A stretch of 64,000 nt of DNA from Bacilli bacterium (GTDB taxonomy: Bacteria; Bacillota_I; Bacilli_A; RFN20; CAG-826), in assembly GCA_041654095.1 (NCBI GenBank), contig JBAZED010000001.1, positions 117,632-181,631 of the forward strand, read 5' to 3'. Positions 21,447 through 30,653 of this stretch are shown piece after piece; within the stretch, counting starts at the first letter, position 1, and each line of letters begins with the position of its first letter. The position numbers were made by a program, and so were the translations under genes. A model generated the notes under the pieces. That model saw nothing but the letters and a program-made list of their open reading frames with translations, was not told the origin of the DNA and did not search any database.

Positions 21447-23197
21447 CCGAGGCCGTCAAACAAGCTCTCCTCCTCGTCCCGAATAAACCGGGTGTTTACT
21501 TGATGAAAGACAAAGATGAGGAAATCATCTATGTCGGCAAGGCTAAGAACCTCAATAAGCGCGTGACGCAATATTTCCTACGCCCTCAAGCCGGAAAAGT
21601 CGCGGCCATGGTTTTTAACGTCGACCACTTTGAGACGATTATCACCAAGAGCGAAAAAGAAGCCTTTATCCTCGAGATGAATTTAATCAAGGAGCACTAT
21701 CCGCGCTACAACATCATGTTGAAAGATAGCAAGCATTATCCTTATCTGGCCTTGAAGCGCAAAAAGAGCCCGGTTCTCAAAATTGCCCGCGACGATAGGG
21801 ACAAAAACTATTTTTACTTCGGGCCCTATCCGACATCGGCCCACGCCTACGAAATGATCAATTTGCTCAACAAAATTTTCCCCTTGCAAAAATGCGCGAC
21901 CCTACCCAGCGTCCCGTGTCTCTACTATCATCTCGGTCAGTGTCTTGCGCCTTGCATCAATAACATTGATGATGAGACTCACGCGCTAATATATGGGCAG
22001 ATCAAAAGTTTTCTGGGCGGCAATAACGAAGATGTCAAAAATCAAATTCGTCGCAAGATGGAAGAAGCCAGCGCCAATCAAGAATACGAAAAGGCCAATG
22101 ACTACAAGAAGACCTTGCTGGCTATCGACCACATCAATGAGCGGCAGAGCATGGAAGTCAAGGATCACATCGACCGCGATATCTTCGCTTATGTGACTCG
22201 CGATGGGTATCTGGCACTGGCCTTATTAACTTTTCGCCAAGGCGTCTTGCTCGGCAAAGAAGTATTTGTCGTCGAGCAGTTCGGCGAGGACCTCGATCTC
22301 GTCGCCGATTTGATTTTACAGTATTATCAGACGCATTCTCTGCCGAGCGAAATCGTTGCGAACATCTATGGTTTAAAGGCGAGAATCGAAAATATCTACG
22401 GCATCGAGGTCGTGTATAAAAGTCGCGGTGCGCTCTACGATGTGGTCGATATGGCCAGCGTCAACGCCCGCCAAGGCTTGGATGAGCACTTCATGTCGGC
22501 GCGCCTGACCGATGATAACCTCAAGATTTTAAGCGAATTAGGAACCGCAATTGGCATTAAGACGCCGACTTACATCGAACTATTTGACAACTCCCACCTC
22601 CAAGGCTCGTCGCCGGTCGGGGCGATGGTGGCTTTTATCAACGGCGAGCCCAGCAAGAAAATGTACCGCAAATTTCATATCGAAGGCGACGAAAAACGCG
22701 ATGATTTTGCGAGCATGCGCGAAGTGATCTACCGGCGTTATAAACGGCTTTTGGATGACGATTTGACTAAGCCTCATCTCATCTTGGTCGACGGCGGACT
22801 GCCACAGGTCAAGGCCGCTCGCGAAGCGCTTGACAAACTTCGCGCCGCGATACCCGTTTTCGGATTATATAAAAACGATCGCCACCAGACCGAGGGTTTG
22901 ATCGATGCCACGGGGAACAAATATGATTTGCAAAATGACAAACCGCTCTTTTTTCTGCTGATGAGAATGCAGGACGAAGTCCATCGCTTTGCGATCAGCT
23001 TTCACCACCAAGTGCGCCAAAAAGCCTTTAAGTCCAGCATCCTCGACGACATCGAAGGTTTGGGGAAGAAGCGCATCGAAATCTTGTTGCGCAATTACGA
23101 ATCGATTAATGAGCTGAAAAAAGCCACTCTCGAGGAACTTGAGCAACTGCTTCCTAAAAACGTCGCATTTAAGGTCAGAGAAAGGCTTGAGAAATAA
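21443..23197 (+). CDS. uvrC: Excinuclease ABC subunit C
   Basis: GIY-YIG N-terminus (GVYLMKDKDEEIIYVGKAKNL), UvrBC-interaction region, C-terminal HhH; overlaps mutS2 by 4 nt. Confidence 0.95.
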   Translation: MTEAVKQALLLVPNKPGVYLMKDKDEEIIYVGKAKNLNKRVTQYFLRPQAGKVAAMVFNVDHFETIITKSEKEAFILEMNLIKEHYPRYNIMLKDSKHYPYLALKRKKSPVLKIARDDRDKNYFYFGPYPTSAHAYEMINLLNKIFPLQKCATLPSVPCLYYHLGQCLAPCINNIDDETHALIYGQIKSFLGGNNEDVKNQIRRKMEEASANQEYEKANDYKKTLLAIDHINERQSMEVKDHIDRDIFAYVTRDGYLALALLTFRQGVLLGKEVFVVEQFGEDLDLVADLILQYYQTHSLPSEIVANIYGLKARIENIYGIEVVYKSRGALYDVVDMASVNARQGLDEHFMSARLTDDNLKILSELGTAIGIKTPTYIELFDNSHLQGSSPVGAMVAFINGEPSKKMYRKFHIEGDEKRDDFASMREVIYRRYKRLLDDDLTKPHLILVDGGLPQVKAAREALDKLRAAIPVFGLYKNDRHQTEGLIDATGNKYDLQNDKPLFFLLMRMQDEVHRFAISFHHQVRQKAFKSSILDDIEGLGKKRIEILLRNYESINELKKATLEELEQLLPKNVAFKVRERLEK

Positions 23198-23250
23198 GCT
23201 TTTTTGTGTTGAATAGTCAATGCTAAAATACTATATTAGTATAGCGATAT

Positions 23251-23327
23251 GTCCTCTTAGCTCAGCTGGATAGAGCAACGGCCTTCTAAGCCGTAGGTCA
23301 GGCGTTCGAATCGCCTAGAGGATGCCA
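23251..23327 (+). tRNA. tRNA-Arg (anticodon UCU)
   Basis: Cloverleaf folds by eye: acceptor GUCCUCU/AGAGGAU (G1.U72 wobble), D-arm GCUC-AGCUGGAUA-GAGC, anticodon stem ACGGC/GCCGU with loop CUUCUAA, T-arm AGGCG-UUCGAAU-CGCCU, discriminator G, encoded CCA. Confidence 0.88.
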
Positions 23328-23338
23328 TTAAAAAATAG

Positions 23339-23367
23339 GGATCACAATCGTGGTCCTTTTATTTTTT
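23339..23367 (+). terminator. rho-independent terminator after the tRNA
   Basis: ggatcac-aatc-gtggtcc stem followed by TTTTATTTTTT. Confidence 0.65.
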
Positions 23368-23426
23368 GTTCAAAAAAATGAAGCCTTCGGTTATGATTAG
23401 CAAGTGAAGCCAGCCTTTAGTAATAA

Positions 23427-25349
23427 ATGCCAAACAACAAGACGCTCACCAAATTATTATTCACCAGTTTAACGATTGTAGGAATCGTTTCCTTCAGCGT
23501 TCTCTTCAACCCATCGAGCGCGCAAGTCGATGGCGAAGGAAGCGGCGAAGTAAACTGCGAATACTATTTTGCGGAGAGCAATAATTACACATCGATACAC
23601 ACTATCGTCGGTAACCTGAATGATGGTATTACCGGGGTTTCATACAAGACTTGGGGCACGGTTACAAAGTACTACCTCGATTCAAACGGCTATCAGAATT
23701 TCTACATACAAAGCACCGATCAAAACGGCAATTTTGCCGGCATGATGATCTACCGGAGCAGCATCGAAGTGGCGGAGGGAAACGTCTTAACCGTCGAAGG
23801 AATCGCCTCGCTATACAATAATTTGCCGGAATTCGTCAACCCGGCGAGGATCGACGTCGATTATGAAGTCAACTCCTCATCGGTCGAAACCTATGTGACG
23901 GATGAATCGTTTTGGCAAAACGGAACGAACCCTTCCTCGTCGCAATTCATCGAGGGCGAAAGCCTCGGAATCTTGAAAATCGCTTTAAACGACGTTGTTT
24001 TAACGTATAATTCCTCTGGAAATGCGACTGTCGTTTTTGCGGGGATGACGAGCGTTCCGCTCTATTATGGCTATCTATCGCAGACAGCGGCGATCGACAG
24101 CTACCTTTATCCGCTAAGCGGATCGACCGTCGATGTCGTTGGCTATCTTCACTGCTATGCCGACGGATATACCTATATGATGCAGTGTTTGATCCGCGGT
24201 GCCGGTGATGTCATCTCCGAAAGCAGCGGCTCTTCCCTGACGCTCAATTCAACCAATTATTACGAGATTGGTACGTATTCGACAGGAAACTACGCTCGCA
24301 CTAATGTAGGCGGTTTTAATTTCGAGCATTATCGAGTCATAAAGCCAAGTTATGGCAATCCGGAATTCATGATTTTGCTACCTTATTTCAACGCTTACGG
24401 AGACGGAACCGCAGCGGGCGCTTTCTATAATGTGTCGGCGATAAACGACATCGAAAGCATCGCTCTTACTTATCGCACGGAGGCGGATTTCGGAATAAAG
24501 CCAACTTTGTCTTATGGCGAAGATATATCGTGCGGCATCTCGATAGAACTTGACCTATCTACCATTTCAGAGACGGCGACGTTGGAAGTGGCAAATGCGA
24601 ATTTTTTCAAAATCGAGACCACCGGAAGCAAATTGTATCTGGAAAGCATCGAAATCGACTATGCCAACGCCGGTCCGGCTGATGAATTCGCCTTCCTCAG
24701 CGCCGGTCAAAACCTCAATCGAATTAATCCGATTGTCAGCACCGGTTCCCTCTACGACGGAAAAAGTGTCCAAGTTCCTTCTTCAATCGCCAAAACGGGT
24801 AGCTATTACGCCGTCCAAAATACGGCGACTTACACCTATTATTCCTATGATTATATCGCTCTTAATCCGGTTTATGCCGACCAAGCCGCGTATACGGCGC
24901 CTGAAGATGTCGCCGCCTATTTCACGACTTTTGGCACTTGGCCGGCGAACTATGTTAACAAGGCGAATTACAATGCTGCGCACGATCTTTTCGGTGATGA
25001 TACGCGCTGCGTCTCGACTTATTCGTGGGATGGCGGATACGCGGTAGCCGTTCCTTATCAAGTGGGCGGCGGCGATCTCCCTCTTTATCATGAATGTGAC
25101 ATCGCTCTCGACTCCTCTTATTCGGGTACCAACCGAGGGGTGGGGCGCGTCATCTGTTGGGAGTATGGCTTTGATTCTTCAAAGGGAGCTGCGAACTACG
25201 ATTCCGCGCCGGTCTGCATCTACACCGATGATCACTATGCGACCTTCCAAGAATATCTGAATGCCGGCTCGTTCGGGACGCGGTTCAACGCCGAGATGGC
25301 GCGCACCGATCACGTCTGGGGAGCGGCGACGACGCTCCTGCCCTCATAA
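23427..25349 (+). CDS. Secreted/surface 640-aa protein with C-terminal barnase/RNase Sa-family (microbial guanyl-specific RNase) domain
   Basis: N-terminal signal peptide (LLFTSLTIVGIVSFSVLF..SSA|Q) with no lipobox; the C-terminal ~110 aa (nt ~24900-25260) align to barnase/RNase Sa: PANYVNK helix, YHECDI (general-base Glu), NRGVGRVIC (Arg pair), YTDDHYATF (catalytic His). Confidence 0.75.
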   Translation: MPNNKTLTKLLFTSLTIVGIVSFSVLFNPSSAQVDGEGSGEVNCEYYFAESNNYTSIHTIVGNLNDGITGVSYKTWGTVTKYYLDSNGYQNFYIQSTDQNGNFAGMMIYRSSIEVAEGNVLTVEGIASLYNNLPEFVNPARIDVDYEVNSSSVETYVTDESFWQNGTNPSSSQFIEGESLGILKIALNDVVLTYNSSGNATVVFAGMTSVPLYYGYLSQTAAIDSYLYPLSGSTVDVVGYLHCYADGYTYMMQCLIRGAGDVISESSGSSLTLNSTNYYEIGTYSTGNYARTNVGGFNFEHYRVIKPSYGNPEFMILLPYFNAYGDGTAAGAFYNVSAINDIESIALTYRTEADFGIKPTLSYGEDISCGISIELDLSTISETATLEVANANFFKIETTGSKLYLESIEIDYANAGPADEFAFLSAGQNLNRINPIVSTGSLYDGKSVQVPSSIAKTGSYYAVQNTATYTYYSYDYIALNPVYADQAAYTAPEDVAAYFTTFGTWPANYVNKANYNAAHDLFGDDTRCVSTYSWDGGYAVAVPYQVGGGDLPLYHECDIALDSSYSGTNRGVGRVICWEYGFDSSKGAANYDSAPVCIYTDDHYATFQEYLNAGSFGTRFNAEMARTDHVWGAATTLLPS

Positions 25350-25396
25350 ATAGCATTTCGTTATTTGCTAACCTATGGTTGTGGTAAACTTGGTTT

Positions 25397-26323
25397 ATGG
25401 ATTCTCTGAAGACCTTAATTGAAAAAAAGCAGTACGCTTTGGTTTTGGAGTTGACTAAGGACAGCCTCGATGTCGATTCGATCTCGTATCGCATCGCCGC
25501 CTATCTCGGCCTCGGTAAACTCGAAGACGCCCTGCTCTTAATCGAAGAGCATAAAAGCGATTTTAAAGATGGTATTTTCAATATCATGAAAGTCCATTTT
25601 GAAGTCTTGTTCACCCTTCAAAAATACGATCGAGCCTACCAAGAATTGAAGTATTACCAAAACCTCCCTTATATTTCTCAAGAGGTCGAAGAATATTTAA
25701 ATGGCGCGGATTTGATGATTCGCCACCACGAGCGGAAGCAGAGATTGGACAAAAAACTGAGCAAAGAAGAGATAAATCGCATTTTAAATAGTGAAAACGA
25801 CGATGTCGTCCTGCTCGCCGCCCTCAACGACATCCGCGAGTATAAGATGAGCGAATTCTACCAGGTCATCATCCATTTTTTGAAGAGGCAAGACGCCCAT
25901 TCCCACGTCCGGACTTACGCTTTATTTCTCCTGGTCTCCGATGGTTATGACAAAACGGTGTCTTTTGATAAAAATGACAAGAATTACAAGGTCGTACCCA
26001 AAGATTTGGAACCGCCCTTCATGAATTCGCAATACGATGCGATCTTGCGCCGCCTCGAAACCATCGCCAAAGATCCTTCGGTGAGCGAAGTAGCAAATTC
26101 GCTTCTCAATGAGCTGATCATTATTTTATATCCCGATAACATCTTTTCATCGCCGAGCGAACTGCTCATCGGCGCCCTTCTCGTCTTGGCTTATGAACAC
26201 CTGCAAATCGCGCCGGATATCGCCGATCTGGCCTCCAACTTGAATATATCGATTAACGATTTGATGGTCTTCGTGCAGAAGCTCCAAAAAAATTTGGAGA
26301 GCAATCCGCCGATTCAAGCTTAA
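25397..26323 (+). CDS. Helical TPR-like cytosolic protein (308 aa), possibly YsoA-like conserved neighbour of tig
   Basis: All-helical and repeat-like; no signal peptide; located immediately upstream of tig, as the TPR protein ysoA is in Bacillus. Confidence 0.55.
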   Translation: MDSLKTLIEKKQYALVLELTKDSLDVDSISYRIAAYLGLGKLEDALLLIEEHKSDFKDGIFNIMKVHFEVLFTLQKYDRAYQELKYYQNLPYISQEVEEYLNGADLMIRHHERKQRLDKKLSKEEINRILNSENDDVVLLAALNDIREYKMSEFYQVIIHFLKRQDAHSHVRTYALFLLVSDGYDKTVSFDKNDKNYKVVPKDLEPPFMNSQYDAILRRLETIAKDPSVSEVANSLLNELIIILYPDNIFSSPSELLIGALLVLAYEHLQIAPDIADLASNLNISINDLMVFVQKLQKNLESNPPIQA

Positions 26324-26369
26324 AGAGAGATAAACAAGCGCATTTAATCGGTTTTTTTCAGTGTTTCAT

Positions 26370-26398
26370 TTGAATAAAATACTATTGTATCCTATACT
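26370..26398 (+). promoter_or_regulatory. sigma-A-like promoter for tig
   Basis: TTGAAT - 17 nt - TATACT; AAGGAG RBS at 26420. Confidence 0.55.
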
Positions 26399-26439
26399 TT
26401 AACTCGATTGCATTTTTAAGAAGGAGAATTACATAGAAT

Positions 26440-27714
26440 ATGGAAAAGAAAATCACCAAACTCGAACAATCAAAAATCGAAGTCCTCGTGACCGTCGAAC
26501 AAGACAGATGGGCCAAAGCCCAGAAGGATGCTTTTAAAGCGCTAGCCGCCAATGTTGAAATCAAGGGTTTCCGCAAAGGCAAAGCCCCGGCCGAAATGGT
26601 CAAGGCCAAAGTCGACCAAGGCCAAGTCTTTGATCGGGCCATCAACTCGCTGCTCCAAGATACATACCGCCAAGTCATCGCCGAAGAAAACCTCCGGCCT
26701 TTCGCTCGCCCGGTCGTCGATGTCACGAAATTGAGCGACCTCGAACTAGAGTTAAAATTCACGCTCGTGCTCGCTCCTGAAGTCACTTTGGGTCAATATA
26801 AAGGACTTCACGCTGAGAAAAAAGAAGTGGTGGTCGATGATCACGAAGTCGAACACGCCATCGAGCACCTCGTCCACGATAACGCCTCGCTCGTCGTCAA
26901 AGCTGATGCTGCCGTTTTAGGAGATACAGTCGTCATGGATTTTGAAGGTTTTGTCGATGGCAAAGCATTTGAAGGTGGCAAAGCCGAAAACCACTCCCTA
27001 GAACTTGGTTCCGGCCAATTCATCCCGGGCTTTGAAGAGCAATTAGTCGGCGTTAAAGGTGGCGACGAAAAAGAGATCAACGTCAAATTCCCAACCGAGT
27101 ACGTTCCCGAATTAGCGGGTAAAGACGCGATTTTTAAAGTCAAGGTTCACGAAGTGAAGGAAAAGAAAATTCCCGAGCTCAACGAAGAGCTCATCAAAGA
27201 TTTGAACCTCCCTAACGTCAAGACGATCGACGATTTGAAGGCTCATGAGAAAGCTCGCCTCCACAATCAGAAGACGAGCGATGCCAAACGCGATTACTTC
27301 GAAGCCTTAGTCAAGCAGATTCGCGATGATTCCAAGATCGACTTAGCTAAAGAGATCATCGATGGCGAGATCGAAGCCATGGAAGAAAACCTGTCCAAGC
27401 AAGTTGAAAAGCAGGGCTTGACCCTCGACAAGTATCTCGAGATCACCGGCCAGAGCATGGACCAGGTTCACGATAAGATGCGCCACGACGCCGAGGATAA
27501 CATCCGCTCGGTCCTCGTCCTCGAAAAGATCGCCGAACTTGAAAAGATCACTGTCGAAGATGGTGAGATCGAATTCGAACTCGCCAAGATCGCCGATCAA
27601 TACAAGATGCCGCTCGACGAGGTGAAAAAAGTCTTGAAAGACAGCATGGACCGCTTCACCGCCGATGTCCGCTCGCGCCGCATCCAAGAATTTATTGTTA
27701 ACAATAACGATTAA
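26440..27714 (+). CDS. tig: Trigger factor
   Basis: 424 aa; N-terminal ribosome-binding motif GFRKGKAP; FKBP-type PPIase middle domain. Confidence 0.93.
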   Translation: MEKKITKLEQSKIEVLVTVEQDRWAKAQKDAFKALAANVEIKGFRKGKAPAEMVKAKVDQGQVFDRAINSLLQDTYRQVIAEENLRPFARPVVDVTKLSDLELELKFTLVLAPEVTLGQYKGLHAEKKEVVVDDHEVEHAIEHLVHDNASLVVKADAAVLGDTVVMDFEGFVDGKAFEGGKAENHSLELGSGQFIPGFEEQLVGVKGGDEKEINVKFPTEYVPELAGKDAIFKVKVHEVKEKKIPELNEELIKDLNLPNVKTIDDLKAHEKARLHNQKTSDAKRDYFEALVKQIRDDSKIDLAKEIIDGEIEAMEENLSKQVEKQGLTLDKYLEITGQSMDQVHDKMRHDAEDNIRSVLVLEKIAELEKITVEDGEIEFELAKIADQYKMPLDEVKKVLKDSMDRFTADVRSRRIQEFIVNNND

Positions 27715-27745
27715 CTATCGAATAATATAAATAGGAGGTCTCTTA

Positions 27746-30064
27746 ATGGCAGAAACCGTACCACTCACCTTGCCGCTTCTCGTGACGAGGAGCTTAGTCG
27801 TCTTTCCGACCACGAGCCAGCCGATTGAAGCCGCTCGCCCTTTTTCGATGAAAGCCATCGAGGAAAGCCGCGATAACGCCAGTTCGCTCCTTTTTATCGT
27901 CAGCCAGAAAGACCCGAATACCGACGACCCGATGCCCGACGAATTATTTTCAGTCGGCACTTTGTGCCGCATTATCTCGTTTGGCGATCAAAAACAATTT
28001 TATCGCATCCGCGTCTCGGCGACGAAACGCGTCGCGTTGAGCAATATTCGCATCGAGAACAACCACTATGTCGCCGACGGTGTCGTCTTGGAAGATGTCC
28101 AAGAAAATCCCAACGAAACGGCTGTCATCGTCCGCAATATTCTCGAGCAGATCGAGTTGCTCCCCAGCCTCTCCCGGAGCTTTCCCCGCCAAGTGATCAG
28201 CCAACTTTCCAAGGGTCTCACCCCCAGCGAATTGACCGACACGCTTGCGACGTATTTGAATATGCCGAACGAGCAGAAACAATCTTTGCTCGAGGAATTA
28301 GATATCAACAAGCGCCTGATGATCATCCTCGATGTCATCAACCAAGCCAAAGCCGTGATTGAGATCGATAAGAAGATTCAGAGCAGCATCCAGAAATCGA
28401 CCGAGAAGAATCAGCGCGAGTACATCCTCCGCGAGAAGATGAAAGCCATTAAGGAAGAGCTGGGCGAAATCGCTCCCGGTGAAGAATCGGAAGAAGACAT
28501 CATTAAAAACCTCGATAGCAATCCATTTCCTGAGTACGTTAAAATCAAAGTCAAAGCCGAGCTCAAGCGCTTTGAAATGATGCCGCAAGCATCGCTTGAA
28601 GCCTCGCTCATCAAGAGCTATATCGATTTGTTGATGGGCATACCTTGGTATCAGAAGACAGACGATAACGATAATCTCGAAGACGCCGAAAAGATCCTCA
28701 ACGAAGATCATTACGGCCTCGAAAAAGTCAAAAAGAGAATTATCGAGTATTTAGCCGTCAAAAAGATGACCGGCAATCTCAAAGCGCCGATCCTCTGCTT
28801 CTACGGCCCACCCGGCGTCGGCAAGACCTCGCTCGGCAAATCAATTGCCCGAGCTTTGGGGCGGAAATTTTTCAAAGCCTCGCTCGGCGGTATCTCGGAT
28901 GAAGCCGAAATTCGCGGCCATCGCCGCACCTATGTCGGCAGCATGCCGGGCCGCATCATCAGCGGCATGAAGAAATGCGGTGTCATCAACCCCGTCTTCT
29001 TGCTCGACGAAGTCGATAAGCTGTCCACCTCGTATAAAGGCGATCCGGCCAGCGCCCTCCTCGAAGTTCTCGATCCCGAGCAAAACTTCGCGTTCAACGA
29101 TAATTTCGTCGAAGAACCCTATGACCTCAGCAACGTCTTGTTCATCGCGACGGCCAACTATCTTGAAAATGTTCCAGCCCCTCTCCGCGACCGCCTCGAA
29201 TTAATTGAAGTAAACTCGTACACCGAGCTCGAGAAAATCCAGATTGCCAAGCACTTCTTGCTCAAAAAGCAGATGAAGGCCAACGGCATCGATGACAAGA
29301 ACATCAATTTTACCGACGATGCCTTCCAATATATCATTCAGTATTATACTCGCGAAGCGGGTGTGCGCGAGCTCGAGCGAAAAATCGCCTCGATCATCCG
29401 CAAGATCGTCGTCGATTGCGTCAAAAATCCGAACGCCAAAGAGCTGTCGGTCACGCCGGAGATCGTCCGCAAGCATCTCGGCGTCGAAATTTTTGAAAAC
29501 ACCAAGAAGGAAAAAGAGAATCAAATCGGCGTCGTCACCGGCCTCGCCTATACCGAATACGGCGGCGACATCCTGCCGATCGAAGTCAACTATTTTCCGG
29601 GCAAAGGCAACCTCGTCTTGACCGGAAAACTCGGCGACGTCATGAAAGAGAGCGCCAGCATCGCCCTCGACTACGTGCGCAGCAATGCGGTCAAATACGG
29701 CATCGATAGCGACATCTTTGCGAAAAACGATATCCATATTCACGTTCCCGAAGGAGCTGTTCCGAAAGACGGTCCGAGCGCCGGGGTGGCGATCACGACG
29801 GCCATCGTCTCGTGCTTGACGAGAAAGGCGATCGACGCCAACGTCGCTATGACCGGCGAAGTCACGCTCCGCGGCTATGCCCTGCCAATCGGCGGGTTGC
29901 GCGAGAAGTCGTTAGCGGCTCTGCGCAGCGGCATCAAGACCATCATCGTTCCGAAAGACAATCAGAAGGCGGTCGATGAACTCCCCAAAGAAGTCAAAGA
30001 GGCCCTCAATATCGTCTATATGAAAACGGTGGACGACGCCCTCGATGTCGCCTGTGTCAAATAA
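27746..30064 (+). CDS. lon: ATP-dependent Lon protease (LonA)
   Basis: 772 aa; LON N-domain; AAA+ Walker A GPPGVGKTS; C-terminal Ser-Lys protease dyad region (DGPSAGVAI...). Confidence 0.95.
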   Translation: MAETVPLTLPLLVTRSLVVFPTTSQPIEAARPFSMKAIEESRDNASSLLFIVSQKDPNTDDPMPDELFSVGTLCRIISFGDQKQFYRIRVSATKRVALSNIRIENNHYVADGVVLEDVQENPNETAVIVRNILEQIELLPSLSRSFPRQVISQLSKGLTPSELTDTLATYLNMPNEQKQSLLEELDINKRLMIILDVINQAKAVIEIDKKIQSSIQKSTEKNQREYILREKMKAIKEELGEIAPGEESEEDIIKNLDSNPFPEYVKIKVKAELKRFEMMPQASLEASLIKSYIDLLMGIPWYQKTDDNDNLEDAEKILNEDHYGLEKVKKRIIEYLAVKKMTGNLKAPILCFYGPPGVGKTSLGKSIARALGRKFFKASLGGISDEAEIRGHRRTYVGSMPGRIISGMKKCGVINPVFLLDEVDKLSTSYKGDPASALLEVLDPEQNFAFNDNFVEEPYDLSNVLFIATANYLENVPAPLRDRLELIEVNSYTELEKIQIAKHFLLKKQMKANGIDDKNINFTDDAFQYIIQYYTREAGVRELERKIASIIRKIVVDCVKNPNAKELSVTPEIVRKHLGVEIFENTKKEKENQIGVVTGLAYTEYGGDILPIEVNYFPGKGNLVLTGKLGDVMKESASIALDYVRSNAVKYGIDSDIFAKNDIHIHVPEGAVPKDGPSAGVAITTAIVSCLTRKAIDANVAMTGEVTLRGYALPIGGLREKSLAALRSGIKTIIVPKDNQKAVDELPKEVKEALNIVYMKTVDDALDVACVK

Positions 30065-30642
30065 TGATCGATTTTCGAAGAGCAACTTTCATCAAAAGCG
30101 CGCCGTCGGCCTCACAAAGGCCCGACGGCCTTTTCGATGTGATGTTCGCCGGCCGCAGCAATGTCGGCAAGTCGTCGCTGATCAACGCCTTGGTCGGGCG
30201 CAAGGATTTAGCGTACACTTCCTCTAAACCAGGTCATACGCGCCTGCTCAATTACTATAATATCGACGATAAGTTCTACTTGGTCGACGCGCCCGGATAC
30301 GGCTATGTCGCCAGAGGTCCCAAAGATGCTTTCGCGGAGATGATGGAAGGCTACTACGCGACGAGTAAACCGCGCCTCATCGTCTATTTATTTGACAGCC
30401 GGAGAGTGCCACAAGGCGAGGACATTTCGTTTATGAATTATCTGAAAGAGCGGAATATACCTGTTCTTTTGGTTTTAACCAAGACCGATAAATTAAACCA
30501 GAGCGAAAAAGGGGCCGTTGAAAAGAATATCGCGCCGCTGTTAGCTGGTGGAGATGCGCTCGAACACCTCTTAGTCAGCATTAAAAACAATCGATCTTTG
30601 GCTGATGTCAAAGCCGCAATTTCAAAAGTATTAAGCCTGTAA
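30064..30642 (+). CDS. engB: Ribosome biogenesis GTPase EngB/YsxC
   Basis: G1 motif AGRSNVGKSSLIN; overlaps the lon stop; tig-lon-ysxC order as in Bacillus. Confidence 0.9.
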   Translation: MIDFRRATFIKSAPSASQRPDGLFDVMFAGRSNVGKSSLINALVGRKDLAYTSSKPGHTRLLNYYNIDDKFYLVDAPGYGYVARGPKDAFAEMMEGYYATSKPRLIVYLFDSRRVPQGEDISFMNYLKERNIPVLLVLTKTDKLNQSEKGAVEKNIAPLLAGGDALEHLLVSIKNNRSLADVKAAISKVLSL

Positions 30643-30653
30643 TTTGTTTATTG

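Noticed and set aside
10180-25349. High density of N-x-S/T sequons in the surface proteins as evidence of N-glycosylation linked to the GT2 gene
   Set aside because: These proteins are compositionally Asn/Ser/Thr-rich, so sequons are expected by chance. No oligosaccharyltransferase (PglB/AglB-like) is present in the window.
25397-26323. 308-aa TPR-like gene as the immunity protein of the upstream barnase-like toxin
   Set aside because: It is not rejected outright, but it is downgraded. It is much larger than barstar and has no barstar motifs, and a TPR protein (ysoA) is the conserved upstream neighbour of tig in Bacillus, so its presence is explained by synteny.
23251-26340. tRNA-Arg-adjacent genomic island / integrative element
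   Set aside because: There is no integrase or recombinase next to the tRNA, and I could not find a direct repeat of the tRNA 3' end downstream. Only the single RNase-domain gene looks accessory.
26303-26358. Terminator after the YsoA-like gene (CCGATT...AATCGG + T7)
   Set aside because: The stem is only 6 bp with a ~30-nt loop. The T-run could simply be part of the tig promoter UP region. It is too weak to call.
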